The notes below the pieces were generated by a model. It worked only from the letters and a program-made list of their open reading frames with translations, had not been told where the DNA came from and searched no databases. Source: Minisyncoccota bacterium (lineage in GTDB: Bacteria; Patescibacteriota; Patescibacteriia; Patescibacteriales; UBA12465). Taken from it: 64,000 nt of DNA. Position numbers and translations under genes: made by a program. Shown piece by piece: positions 10,603 to 20,978 of this stretch. Position 1 is the stretch's first letter. Each line of letters begins with the position of its first letter. The stretch lies in contig JAIPJA010000002.1 in the NCBI GenBank assembly GCA_021734405.1, positions 1,145 through 65,144 of the forward strand, read 5' to 3'.

Positions 10603-12111
10603 ATGGCTAAGAGAAACAAATTTTTATTTCCTCTGTTTAGAAAATACTTTAGAGAAGTAGAAAAATTTAAAAAAGAACCCTTTAAAGTGCAAGAGGTCTT
10701 GTTTGATTATCTTTTAAAAAAAGGTTCTAAAACTGAATGGGGAAAAAAGTATAACTATAGAAATATTAGTTCTGTGAAGGAATTTAAAAATAGGGTACCT
10801 ATTTCTTCTTATTCAGACTTAGATCCATATTTTTTGCGTTTGCTTAAAGGTGAGAATTATTTGCTTTGGCCAGAGAAAATTAAGTTCTTTGCCAAGTCAT
10901 CAGGTACTACTAGCTCTAAAAGTAAATTTATTCCTGTTAGTTCCAGCGCTCTAAAAGATTGTCACTACTTAGGTGGCAAGAATTTATTTGCTTCTTATTT
11001 TAATCAAGTAAAAGATTCTAATGTTTTTAAGGGTCAAAACTTCGCTTTAAGCGGAAGTCGGCAAAATGAAGAGATTGCTAGAAATAAATACATTGCTGAT
11101 GTGTCCGTGATTATTATAAAAAACTTGCCTTGGTGGGCTAAGCTTAGAAGAAGCCCTAAATTTTCTTTAGCTTCTATGTCTAATTGGGAAGAAAAGATTC
11201 CTAAAATAGCTGAAACAATATCTAAACAGAATATAACTAGCTTGTCAGGAGTGCCTTCTTGGAATTTATTGTTACTTAAAGAAGTTTTAAAGGTTTCTAA
11301 AAAAGATAATATTAGCGAGGCGTGGCCTAACTTAGAATTATTTGTTCATGGAGGTGTTAATTTTAGCCCCTATAGACAGCAGTTTAAAGAACTTATCTCT
11401 TCAGCTAATATGCATTATTTAGAAGTCTATAACGCTTCGGAAGGTTTTTTTGCTTTCCAAGATGATTTAAACAGAGAAGATATGCTTTTATCTTTAAATA
11501 ACGGTATTTTTTACGAGTTTATGCCCATGGAAGAATTAGATAAGGACAAACCAAGAACTTTGTCTTTATTAGAAGTAGAGTTAAATAAAAATTACGCTTT
11601 AGTAATTTCAACTAATGCTGGTCTGTGGCGCTACTTAATAGGGGATACAGTTAAATTTACCAGTTTAAAACCTTTTAGAATTATTTTTAGTGGTAGAACT
11701 AAGAGTTTTATAAACGCTTTTGGCGAAGAATTAATTGAGGATAATGCTAATAAAGCTATAGACTATGCCTCTCAAAAGACTGGGGCTGTAATTAAAGATT
11801 ATACAGTCGCTCCAGTTTATATTAGCTCCAATAGCTCGGGCAGACATCAGTGGTTAATTGAGTTTTCTAAATTACCTAAGTCTGTAGAGGAGTTTACTGG
11901 TTTGTTAGACAAAAAGCTTAAAAGTTTAAACTCAGATTATGAGGCTAAGCGTTACAGAGACATGACTTTAGCTCTACCAGAAATTATAGTTGCTAGACAA
12001 GGTCTTTTTTATAAGTGGCTTAAAAATAATAATAAGTTGGGTGGTCAACATAAGGTCCCTAGACTAGCCAATGATCGCAAAATAATTGAGAAAATTTTAG
12101 CATTAAATTAA
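10603..12111 (+). CDS. GH3 family (acyl acid-amido synthetase-like) protein
   Basis: 'AKSSGTT', 'YNASEGF', 'GLWRYLIGD', 'GGQHKVPR' GH3 motifs. Confidence 0.9.
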   Translation: MAKRNKFLFPLFRKYFREVEKFKKEPFKVQEVLFDYLLKKGSKTEWGKKYNYRNISSVKEFKNRVPISSYSDLDPYFLRLLKGENYLLWPEKIKFFAKSSGTTSSKSKFIPVSSSALKDCHYLGGKNLFASYFNQVKDSNVFKGQNFALSGSRQNEEIARNKYIADVSVIIIKNLPWWAKLRRSPKFSLASMSNWEEKIPKIAETISKQNITSLSGVPSWNLLLLKEVLKVSKKDNISEAWPNLELFVHGGVNFSPYRQQFKELISSANMHYLEVYNASEGFFAFQDDLNREDMLLSLNNGIFYEFMPMEELDKDKPRTLSLLEVELNKNYALVISTNAGLWRYLIGDTVKFTSLKPFRIIFSGRTKSFINAFGEELIEDNANKAIDYASQKTGAVIKDYTVAPVYISSNSSGRHQWLIEFSKLPKSVEEFTGLLDKKLKSLNSDYEAKRYRDMTLALPEIIVARQGLFYKWLKNNNKLGGQHKVPRLANDRKIIEKILALN

Positions 12112-12233
12112 AAAGTTTAGCTGTATACTTTTTTTATACGATTTAATCTATCGTTTTTATTTTGATTATTTTGTAATCTTGTATATAGATTAAGCTATGG
12201 TATAATTTTAGTTAATTAATAGATCTAAATATT

Positions 12234-12956
12234 ATGGAGAAGATTTTAGAAGTAGAAAATTTAAGTAAATTTTATAAAGATTTTCAAGCTGTTAAAGATG
12301 TTAATTTTAATGTTTTTAAAGGTGAAATCTTTGCTTTAGTTGGTCCTAATGGAGCTGGCAAGTCCACTAGTTTAAAAATGATAGCTACTATTTTAAATCC
12401 TAGCGCTGGCAAGATAAGAATAAATGGTATTGACACCTCTAAAGATTCAGAAGAGGCTAGGAAATGTATAAGTTATTTGCCTGAAGATGCTGGTGCCTAT
12501 AAAAACTTAAGTGGTTTAGATTATTTAAAGTTTATGGCTTCAATGTATAATGATGATAAAAAGGCACAAAAGACCCAAGTAGACTTTGCTGCTAATTTAT
12601 CAAATTTAGGTAAAAAATTGAAAAATAAAGTTAAAACCTATTCTAAAGGCATGACTAGAAAATTATTATTGTCACGAGCTATTATGACCAGACCAAAGCT
12701 GTTAATTTTAGACGAGCCTACTTCAGGTTTGGATGTTATAAACGCTGTTAATGTTAGAGATATAATTAAGAATTTATCTCGTCAAGGCGTAGCTGTATTG
12801 CTTTCAAGCCATAACATGTTAGAAGTAGAATATTTATCTAATCGTTTAGCTATTATTGATAAAGGAGAAATTAAAGCTGAAGGTAAGGCTGATGATTTAA
12901 AGGCTAAATTTCAAAGTCAAAACTTAGAAGAGGTTTTTATGAAAATTACTAAATAA
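12234..12956 (+). CDS. ABC transporter ATP-binding protein (NatA-like)
   Basis: GPNGAGKS, YSKGM, LILDEPT. Confidence 0.9.
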   Translation: MEKILEVENLSKFYKDFQAVKDVNFNVFKGEIFALVGPNGAGKSTSLKMIATILNPSAGKIRINGIDTSKDSEEARKCISYLPEDAGAYKNLSGLDYLKFMASMYNDDKKAQKTQVDFAANLSNLGKKLKNKVKTYSKGMTRKLLLSRAIMTRPKLLILDEPTSGLDVINAVNVRDIIKNLSRQGVAVLLSSHNMLEVEYLSNRLAIIDKGEIKAEGKADDLKAKFQSQNLEEVFMKITK

Positions 12957-12961
12957 AGATT

Positions 12962-14239
12962 ATGCAGAAATTTTTCTCACTAGTAAAGAAAGAAATAAAA
13001 GAATTAGTCACCATACAAATGGTTGTACCTTTAATTATCATGGTGTTAGCCTTTTCCTGGTTAGGTAGTATTTTAGCTACCGAGACAGAGAAGTCTCAAG
13101 CTCCTTTAGATTTGTGGGTTATAAACAACGACAGTGGCGAGCTTTCAGAAAATATTATTGTTGACTTAGAAGCTAATAATTTTAAAGTTGAAACCAAATT
13201 TGAAGATTTAGAAACAGTCAAGTCTTTAGCTTTAGCTAATGATATTTCCATGCTCTTAGTAATTGATGCTGGTTTTTCTCAAGCTTTAAATAACTACCAA
13301 GCGCAAAACATAGAGCTCTATAGCTTGATTTCTAATTTTTCTTTAACCACCATGACAGCTGGATCTAAATTGCAGGCTGTGGGTAATATTATAAATACTA
13401 ATATAAAAAATTATTGGGTTAATAGCTTAAATTTAGAAATTTCAGCTAGTGATTTAGAAAAGCCCGTTAATTTAGAGGAGTATGTGGTTATTGGTGAAAA
13501 GGAAGCTAAAGTACCTTTAATGGCGGTTAGTGGCTTTATTTCTCAACAAACAACCTTTGTTCCTGTTATACTTTTTATTATCATAGTCATTGCTGCTCAA
13601 ATGGTGGCCACTGCTATTGCTAGTGAAAAAGAAAATAAAACTTTTGAAACCCTTTTAACTTTACCAGTGGGGAGAAAAACTATTGTCTTTGCTAAGTTGT
13701 TAGCGGCTGGTATTATTTCTATTCTTTTTGCTCTATTTTATTTAATTGGTCTTAGTCGTTATATGGGAGGATTAACTGGTGGAGCAGGGGCGGTTATGGA
13801 TAATTTTGCTGGAGCCTTCCAGTCTTTAGGAATTTCTTTTTCTTTTATTGATTATACTTTCTTAGGTTTATCCCTGTTTTTAGGTATTATGACAGCTTTA
13901 TCTTTAGCCCTGCTTTTAGGTTTAATGGTAGATAATGTTAAAGCTGTGCAGGCAGCTACCACGCCTTTAATGGTTTTAGTTTTAATTCCTTATCTTTTAA
14001 CCATGTTTATTGATATTGATAAAGCTAGCTTGTTTATAAAATATTTAGTCTATGTTATACCCTTTTCTTATCCTTTTTTAGCAGTGCAAAAACTAGTAAT
14101 AGCTGACTATAGCTTTATTACCTTTGGTTTAATTTATCAATTATTCTTCTTTTTATTAGTAGTAATTTTAACTACTAAAGTATTTTCTTCAGATAAAGTT
14201 TTAAGTTGGAGATTTAATTTTAAAGGTCTAAAAAAATAG
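12962..14239 (+). CDS. ABC transporter permease (NatB-like)
   Basis: 'IASEKENKTFETLLTLP' motif; TM helices. Confidence 0.85.
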   Translation: MQKFFSLVKKEIKELVTIQMVVPLIIMVLAFSWLGSILATETEKSQAPLDLWVINNDSGELSENIIVDLEANNFKVETKFEDLETVKSLALANDISMLLVIDAGFSQALNNYQAQNIELYSLISNFSLTTMTAGSKLQAVGNIINTNIKNYWVNSLNLEISASDLEKPVNLEEYVVIGEKEAKVPLMAVSGFISQQTTFVPVILFIIIVIAAQMVATAIASEKENKTFETLLTLPVGRKTIVFAKLLAAGIISILFALFYLIGLSRYMGGLTGGAGAVMDNFAGAFQSLGISFSFIDYTFLGLSLFLGIMTALSLALLLGLMVDNVKAVQAATTPLMVLVLIPYLLTMFIDIDKASLFIKYLVYVIPFSYPFLAVQKLVIADYSFITFGLIYQLFFFLLVVILTTKVFSSDKVLSWRFNFKGLKK

Positions 14240-14284
14240 TTTTTAGTTTTTGCCTTTAAAAAAAACAAGTGCTACAATAAAACT

Positions 14285-15421
14285 ATGAAGATTAAGTTAA
14301 AAAGGCTAATTTATCTAGTTTTAATATCTTTTTTGAGTTTGTCAATTGTTTCTCCTTTGCAAGCTGAGACTGAAAATCAAGACATTAGTTTTAAGGCTAA
14401 GGTTTTAGAGGTGGTGGAAGAAGATAGAAAAACTCTTGCTGGAGGCAGGGAAGTAATTCAGCAAAAACTTAAGTTAAAAGGCTTGGAGGAGCCTTTTTTA
14501 AATGAGGAAATTATTTTTAATGGTATAGGTGATTTAGATGTTTTAAATACTAAGGTTTATAAGGAGGGTGATAAGCTACTTATGGTAGTTAGTTATGGAC
14601 CTGAAGGGGAAGAGTTTTTTTATGTTTTAGATTATGTTAGGTCTAACAGTCTTTGGTATTTAGCTATTATTTTTTTATTTTTATTAGTGATTATTGGTCG
14701 TTTTCGAGGTTTTCGATCTTTTCTATCTTTAGCTTTAAGCTTTTTAGTAATTACTAATTTTATTATCCCTCAAATTTTAAAAGGCTCAAATCCTTTGCTG
14801 ATTACTATTATAGGGTCAATTTTTATTCTTTTAGTAGTTATTTATTTAACTGAGGGCTTTAAGGCTAAGTCACATTTAGCAGTTACAAGTATATTAGCTA
14901 GTTTGTTATTTGCTATCTTCATTTCGGCTTTATTTGTTAATTTAGCCAAATTAACCGGAGCTGCTAGCGAAGAAGTACTGTTTCTTTTTAATTTTCAAGA
15001 TACAGTTATTAATTTAAAAGGACTTTTACTGGCAGGTATTATTATTGGTGCTTTAGGCGCTTTAGATGATATTGTCATTTCTCAAATTGCTACTTGTGAA
15101 GAATTAGCTAAAGCTAATAAAGATTTAAGCTACAAAGAACTTTTTACAAGAACCTATAACGTTGGCATTTCTCATATTGCTTCTATGACTAATACTTTAT
15201 TTCTAGCTTATGCTGGAGCTTCCTTGCCTCTTTTAATACTTTTTGTCTCCGGGCAAACTGTTCTAGGTAATTGGCAACAAGTAATAAATACAGAGCTAGT
15301 AGCTACTGAGATTGTAAGAACTTTAGCCGGCTCTATAGGCATAGTTTTATCAGTCCCTATAGCCACAGCTTTAGCTGCCTGGTATTATAGTAAAAAGAAT
15401 AAAGAAAAAAATATTATTTAA
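14285..15421 (+). CDS. YibE/F family membrane protein
   Basis: 'GALDD', 'NTLFLAYAGASLP', 'EIVRTLAGSIG'. Confidence 0.88.
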   Translation: MKIKLKRLIYLVLISFLSLSIVSPLQAETENQDISFKAKVLEVVEEDRKTLAGGREVIQQKLKLKGLEEPFLNEEIIFNGIGDLDVLNTKVYKEGDKLLMVVSYGPEGEEFFYVLDYVRSNSLWYLAIIFLFLLVIIGRFRGFRSFLSLALSFLVITNFIIPQILKGSNPLLITIIGSIFILLVVIYLTEGFKAKSHLAVTSILASLLFAIFISALFVNLAKLTGAASEEVLFLFNFQDTVINLKGLLLAGIIIGALGALDDIVISQIATCEELAKANKDLSYKELFTRTYNVGISHIASMTNTLFLAYAGASLPLLILFVSGQTVLGNWQQVINTELVATEIVRTLAGSIGIVLSVPIATALAAWYYSKKNKEKNII

Positions 15422-15425
15422 TTTT

Positions 15426-16223
15426 ATGAAAAAGAGTGATTATATAATAGAAGTTAAAAATTTAAGAAAGAAATTTAAGGAAAATATGGCAGTAGCTGAT
15501 ATTAGTTTTAAGGTGAAAACTGGTGAAGTCTTTGCTTTTTTAGGACCTAATGGCGCTGGTAAAAGTACTACTATAAAGATATTAACAACTCTTTTAAAAC
15601 CTACAGAGGGAAGTGTGCATTTAAATGGATTTAATGTTTTAAAAGATAAGGCTAAAGCTAGAAAATCTTTTGGTATAGTTTTTCAAGATCAAAGTCTGGA
15701 TATAGATTTAACAGCTTATGAAAATATGTATTTTCATGCTACTTTGTATAAAATTCCTAAGGCGGATCGTTTGGAAAAAATAAAAAAATTAATGGAAATG
15801 GTGGATCTTTGGGAAAAAAGAAAGCAGATAGTTAAAAAATTTTCTGGGGGCATGAAAAGAAGATTGGAGATAGCTAGAGGATTATTGCATCATCCTGAAA
15901 TATTGTTTTTAGATGAACCTACCTTAGGTCTTGATCCGCAAACTAGACAACATATTTGGCAGTATATAATGAATTTAAATAAGTCTGAGGCTTTAACCAT
16001 TTTTTTCTCTACTCATTATTTAGATGAGGTAGAAAAAATTGCTGATAAAGTTGCTATTATTGACCAGGGAAAGATTATTGATATAGGAACTGTTAAAGAA
16101 ATAAAAGAACGTAATCAAACTTTAACTTTAGAAGAAGCCTTTATTAAATTAACTGGAAAAAATATGAGGCAAGAGGAAGGAGATAATTTAGCAGTAGTTA
16201 AACAATACCTGAGAAAAAGGTAA
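15426..16223 (+). CDS. ABC transporter ATP-binding protein (DrrA-like)
   Basis: GPNGAGKS, FSGGMKRRLEIARG, DEPT. Confidence 0.9.
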   Translation: MKKSDYIIEVKNLRKKFKENMAVADISFKVKTGEVFAFLGPNGAGKSTTIKILTTLLKPTEGSVHLNGFNVLKDKAKARKSFGIVFQDQSLDIDLTAYENMYFHATLYKIPKADRLEKIKKLMEMVDLWEKRKQIVKKFSGGMKRRLEIARGLLHHPEILFLDEPTLGLDPQTRQHIWQYIMNLNKSEALTIFFSTHYLDEVEKIADKVAIIDQGKIIDIGTVKEIKERNQTLTLEEAFIKLTGKNMRQEEGDNLAVVKQYLRKR

Positions 16224-16233
16224 TTATAATTTT

Positions 16234-16983
16234 ATGTTTAGTACTATTTACATATTATGGCTCAGGCAAATAAAAAGATATTTAAGATCTAAATCTAGAA
16301 TCATTGGTTCTTTAGGTCAACCTATTTTATTTTTAGTAGCTTTAGGTTTTGGTTTTGGTCCTATGTATTCTGCTAGTGGTCAAGGAAATTTTATAGAATT
16401 CTTAGCCCCAGGGATTATAGCCATGAGTATTATTTTCACTGCTATGTATAGTGGCATGGAAGTTATTTGGGATAAACAGTTTGGTTTTTTAAAAGAAACT
16501 TTAGTAGCTCCAGTTAGTCGTTTTAATATAATGCTAGGCAGAACTTTGGGAGGTGCTAGTGTAGCCATGTTTCAGGGTATATTGGTTTTAATTATTTCAA
16601 CTTTTTTTGGTTTTCAAATTTTAAGTTTTAGTGGCTTGCTTTTAGGATTTTTGTTTATGTTTTTAATTGCAGTTTTTTTTACAGCTTTAGGCACAGCTAT
16701 TGCTTCAGTTTTAGAAGATATGCAAGGCTTTCAACTAATTATGTCTTTTTTAGTAATGCCAATATTTTTTCTTTCAGGAGCACTTTTTCCCATAGAGGGC
16801 ATTAACAGAACTCTTTATTATATTATCAGAATAAATCCTTTAACTTATGGAGTAGATGGTTTAAGACAAAGTTTAATCTCAGAAGGATACTTTAGTCTAG
16901 GTCTAGACTTGGTTGTCTTAGCAATTTTAGCTATAATAACCTTAATCTTAGGAGCGAAGCTTTTTTCTAAAATACAAATTTAA
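16234..16983 (+). CDS. ABC-2 permease (DrrB-like)
   Basis: 'GFLKETLVAP', 'FLSGALFP', 'NPLTYGVDGLR'. Confidence 0.9.
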   Translation: MFSTIYILWLRQIKRYLRSKSRIIGSLGQPILFLVALGFGFGPMYSASGQGNFIEFLAPGIIAMSIIFTAMYSGMEVIWDKQFGFLKETLVAPVSRFNIMLGRTLGGASVAMFQGILVLIISTFFGFQILSFSGLLLGFLFMFLIAVFFTALGTAIASVLEDMQGFQLIMSFLVMPIFFLSGALFPIEGINRTLYYIIRINPLTYGVDGLRQSLISEGYFSLGLDLVVLAILAIITLILGAKLFSKIQI

Positions 16984-17007
16984 ATAAGATAACTTAATTA
17001 TAAATAT

Positions 17008-17733
17008 ATGAGATTAAAAGATAAGGTAGCTATAGTAACTGGAGCTAGCTCTGGTATAGGTAAAGCTATTGCTGATAGCTTTGTGAAAGAAGGCGCTAAA
17101 GTTGTTTATAGTGATATAAATAACATTGATAATTTACCTGAAGGTGCTATATTTTTTAAAGCTGATGTTTCCAGTAGTGAACAAGTGAAAACTTTAATTT
17201 CTGAGGCTGTTTCTGTTTTTGGCTCTCTTGATGTTATGGTTAATAACGCTGGCATTGGCTCACAGGGCTCTATTTTGGAAGAAAGTGATGCAAACTTTGC
17301 TAAAACTATAGCGGTTAATTTATCTGGAACTTTCTATGGTAGTCGTGAGGCTGGAAAATATATGAAAGAGCAGGGAATTAAAGGTTCGATTATAAATATT
17401 AGTTCAATTTTAGGACAGGTTGGCTTTCAAGGAGCAATTTCTTATTGCGCTTCTAAAGGTGGGGTGATGCAGCTTACTAAAGCTGGGGCACTTGATTTAG
17501 CACCTTTTAACATTAGAATCAATGCTATCGCCCCTGGCTTTATTGAAACCGAAATGACAAAAGAAATTTTAAAAGATGAAAACTTTAATAATTTGGTTTT
17601 AAGTTCTACTCCTTTAAATAGAGTGGGTAGTCCTGAAGAAATTGCTAAGTCGGCTGTATTTTTAGCTAGTGATGAGTCTAGCTATATTACTGGTGAAACT
17701 TTATTTGTAGATGGCGGTTGGAGAGCTAAATAA
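17008..17733 (+). CDS. SDR family oxidoreductase (FabG-like)
   Basis: TGASSGIG, NNAG, YCASK. Confidence 0.92.
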   Translation: MRLKDKVAIVTGASSGIGKAIADSFVKEGAKVVYSDINNIDNLPEGAIFFKADVSSSEQVKTLISEAVSVFGSLDVMVNNAGIGSQGSILEESDANFAKTIAVNLSGTFYGSREAGKYMKEQGIKGSIINISSILGQVGFQGAISYCASKGGVMQLTKAGALDLAPFNIRINAIAPGFIETEMTKEILKDENFNNLVLSSTPLNRVGSPEEIAKSAVFLASDESSYITGETLFVDGGWRAK

Positions 17734-17754
17734 TTATTTAATTAATATATATTT

Positions 17755-18120
17755 ATGAAACAAGAAAATTTAAACCAAGAACCAGAGGAGTTTTTGGAAG
17801 CAGAGGAATTTAATGAAGAGCTAGAAGATGAAAACAATGAAGAAAACTTAGATTATGAATTTGATAGTAAGCCCAAAAAGAAAAAATTTAAGAATAAAGT
17901 GATTTTAATTGAGTTAATTATTATTTTAATTTTAGGAGCAATTGTCTATTTTCAGTTTTCTAGTTTTTCTGATAAAAAAGTTGAAGTGGAAAACAATTAC
18001 CAGGCTTTACAAAAATTAGATTCAGAGATTAATTCTTGTCGAGAATTAATCAGTCAAAATCAAGGAGAGTTTGATCGCTATGACTATTGTCGTCAATTAA
18101 TACAAAGTTTTGATAATTAA
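17755..18120 (+). CDS. Hypothetical single-TM protein
   Basis: Acidic N-terminus, one TM, C-terminal Cys pair. Confidence 0.6.
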   Translation: MKQENLNQEPEEFLEAEEFNEELEDENNEENLDYEFDSKPKKKKFKNKVILIELIIILILGAIVYFQFSSFSDKKVEVENNYQALQKLDSEINSCRELISQNQGEFDRYDYCRQLIQSFDN

Positions 18121-18147
18121 TATTTAATTTAAATAATAATAATTTAC

Positions 18148-18966
18148 ATGATTGGAGTTTTTGATTCAGGTTTAGGGGGACTGAGTATTTTAAAGCATTT
18201 TTTATCTGATTTGCCTGAATACGACTATATATATTTAGGGGATAATGCTCGAGTACCTTATGGCAATAAGTCTAGTGAGCTTATCTACCACTATAGCTGT
18301 CAGGCAGTAGATTTTTTATTTTCTCAAGGAGCTAAATTAATTATTTTTGCCTGCAATAGCGCTTCTAGTCAGGCTTTGAGAAAAATACAAACAGAGTATT
18401 TGCCTGTAAAATACCCAGGTAAAAATGTTTTAGGTGTAATAGTGCCTTTAGTGGAAAAAGTAGTTTCAGATCCTAAAATTTCTAAAGTAGGGGTAATTGG
18501 CACTAGAGCCACAATTAATTCTCATATCTATAGAGAGGAGTTGTTAGAGCTAAAGCCAGATTTAGAAGTTTTAGAAAAAGCTACGCCTCTTTTAGTCCCT
18601 CTAATAGAGGAGAATTGGTTGAAAAGACCTGAGACTCGAAAGATTTTAAAATATTATTTACGTGAGCTAAAAATGAAAGAAGTGCAAGCTTTAATTTTAG
18701 CCTGTACGCATTACCCTTTTCTTTTAAAGGAAATAAGGCAAATTATGGGGAAGTCTTGTAAAGTGTACAATCCAGGTGAGGTGGTAGCCTTTAGTTTAAA
18801 AGATTATTTATCTAGACATTCGGAATTAGACATAAAACTAGTTAAAAAACCGCAAAGAAAATTTTTTGCTACAGATAAAGCTTCTAATTTTAAACAATTA
18901 GGAGAGAAGTTTTTGGGAGAAAAAATTGAGGACATAAATTATATTAATTTAAATGACAAGCTATAA
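18148..18966 (+). CDS. murI: Glutamate racemase
   Basis: FDSGLGG, ACNSAS, LACTHYP. Confidence 0.95.
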   Translation: MIGVFDSGLGGLSILKHFLSDLPEYDYIYLGDNARVPYGNKSSELIYHYSCQAVDFLFSQGAKLIIFACNSASSQALRKIQTEYLPVKYPGKNVLGVIVPLVEKVVSDPKISKVGVIGTRATINSHIYREELLELKPDLEVLEKATPLLVPLIEENWLKRPETRKILKYYLRELKMKEVQALILACTHYPFLLKEIRQIMGKSCKVYNPGEVVAFSLKDYLSRHSELDIKLVKKPQRKFFATDKASNFKQLGEKFLGEKIEDINYINLNDKL

Positions 18967-20137
18967 TATACAACCTTTAGCTGATAAATTTAGACCCAAA
19001 ACTCTAGAGGATTTTGTTGGTCAAAAAGAAGCGGTTGGTAAAAATAGTTTTTTAAAGACTGCTATTTTAAAAGACAGCTTATCTTCTTTAATTTTTTGGG
19101 GTCCAGCTGGGGTAGGTAAAACTACCTTAGCTTTAATAATAGCCAATCAAACTAAAGCTGAGTTTTTAAAGTTAAGCGCTACTTCCAGTGGCCTTAAAGA
19201 TTTAAGGGCTTTAATTGAAAAAGCTGAGGTTAATAAGAGATTGGGCAAGAAGACAATTTTGTTTATAGATGAAATACATCGCTGGAGTAAATCCCAGCAA
19301 GACGCCTTACTTCCTCATGTTGAAAGTGGAACTTTGATTTTAATTGGAGCTACCACGGAAAATCCTAGTTTTGAAATTAATTCAGCTTTGCTCTCCAGAG
19401 CTCAAGTAATAGTTTTGGAGCGTTTAGAAAATAGTGATTTAAAAAAGATTATAAACAGGGTAGAAAAAGATTTGAAACTTAAAATAAGTGAAGAGGCTAA
19501 AGATATTATATGCCAATTAGCTAGTGGTGATGCTAGACAAGCTTTAAATATATTAGAAAAAGCCTTAGTTCAGGGTAAAAAAATCACTAAAGATACCTTA
19601 GCTAATACTATAAAAAAGCTTCCTATTTACTATGACAAAAAGTCTGATGAACACTATAATTTAATTTCTGCTCTACATAAATCTATGCGTGGCAATGATG
19701 CTAATGCTTCAGTTTATTGGTTAACTCGAATGTTAGAGGGCGGAGAAGATCCCCTATATATCGCTAGGCGCCTTATTCGTTTTGCTTCAGAAGATATTGG
19801 TTTAGCCAATAATAGTGCTTTAATGCTGGCAAACAGCGCCTTTGAAGCTTGTCATAAAATTGGTATGCCTGAGTGCGCAGTTATACTTTCTCATACCGTT
19901 ATTTATTTAGCTAAGTCCAAAAAAAGTATTTTAGCCTATAGCGCCTATAACAAAGCTAAAGCCGAGGTAGAGAAAAGTGGCAACCTGAGGCCACCACTTC
20001 ATATTCTAAATGCTCCTACAGATTTTATGAAAAAATTAGGTTATGGTAGAGACTATAAGTACACACCTCTAGAAGATAGTTCAGACCAAAACTATTTACC
20101 TGAGATAATTTCTAAAAAGAAGTTTTTAGATCAGTAG
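18953..20137 (+). CDS. rarA: Replication-associated recombination protein A (MgsA/RarA)
   Basis: GPAGVGKT, DEIHR, ATTENP, 'SALHKSMRG', 'ASEDIG'. Confidence 0.95.
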   Translation: MTSYNIQPLADKFRPKTLEDFVGQKEAVGKNSFLKTAILKDSLSSLIFWGPAGVGKTTLALIIANQTKAEFLKLSATSSGLKDLRALIEKAEVNKRLGKKTILFIDEIHRWSKSQQDALLPHVESGTLILIGATTENPSFEINSALLSRAQVIVLERLENSDLKKIINRVEKDLKLKISEEAKDIICQLASGDARQALNILEKALVQGKKITKDTLANTIKKLPIYYDKKSDEHYNLISALHKSMRGNDANASVYWLTRMLEGGEDPLYIARRLIRFASEDIGLANNSALMLANSAFEACHKIGMPECAVILSHTVIYLAKSKKSILAYSAYNKAKAEVEKSGNLRPPLHILNAPTDFMKKLGYGRDYKYTPLEDSSDQNYLPEIISKKKFLDQ

Positions 20138-20808
20138 GCTTTTAAAGATAATTTGTAACCTCGGCCGGGCACAGTATGAATTAGCTTAGTCCGGTTTTTT
20201 GTTTCAATTTTTCTCCTTAAGTTTAGAATATGAGACTCAATAGTGTTAGAAAAAGGATCAGCGTTTATATCCCAGACATTTTCTAAAATTAAAGCTCTAG
20301 ACAAGACCCTGTTAGGATTTTCTAAGAAATATAACAATAGACAAAACTCTTTTCTAGTTAGATAAATTGCCTGTTTGCCTCTTTTTACTTCATGGGTTTC
20401 AGTGTTAAGCTTTAAATCATCAATTTGTAGTATTTTTTCTTTAATATTTTCTTGTCTTTTAGTTAAGGCTTTAATTCTTAAAAATACTTCTTCAAAAATA
20501 AAGGGCTTAGTTAAAAAGTCGTCAATCCCAGCTGTAAACATCTCTGACTTGGTAGGCATGTCAGCTTTAACAGTTAACATTAAAATAGGAGTGTTAATTT
20601 TTTCTTTTCTAAGTTCAGTGCAAACTTCTAAGCCGTTTTGTTTAGGCATAATGTAGTCAAGCAAGATGATGTTATAGGTGTTGGTTTTAGCTAAAAAGCA
20701 ACCTTGCTCTCCATTGCTGGCAGTGTCTACGACTAAAAATTCTGCTTCTAAACTTAATTTTAAAAGTTTTAACAGCTCTTGGTCATCGTCAATTAGTAAA
20801 ATTTTCAT
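20131..20808 (-). CDS. OmpR/PhoB family response regulator (no adjacent kinase)
   Basis: Receiver DD..D..T..K residues plus wHTH 'HTVPGRGY'. Confidence 0.92.
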   Translation of the reverse strand: MKILLIDDDQELLKLLKLSLEAEFLVVDTASNGEQGCFLAKTNTYNIILLDYIMPKQNGLEVCTELRKEKINTPILMLTVKADMPTKSEMFTAGIDDFLTKPFIFEEVFLRIKALTKRQENIKEKILQIDDLKLNTETHEVKRGKQAIYLTRKEFCLLLYFLENPNRVLSRALILENVWDINADPFSNTIESHILNLRRKIETKNRTKLIHTVPGRGYKLSLKAY

Positions 20809-20881
20809 AGTTTTTTAGTTTAAAAATTTATTATATATTTACTCTTATTTTAGAACATAATAGATTAAATAAATCTAAAGT

Positions 20882-20903
20882 TAAAATTAAGATAAAATTA
20901 AGA
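20882..20903. repeat. Perfect 11-bp tandem repeat, candidate OmpR-type binding site
   Basis: TAAAATTAAGA x2 in the divergent region between the regulator and hisS. Confidence 0.4.
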
Positions 20904-20978
20904 GATAAAACATTGAATAAATTCAATTTCTTAGCTATTATTAAAATATAAATATTTTAAGAAAAATAATAAATTTTT

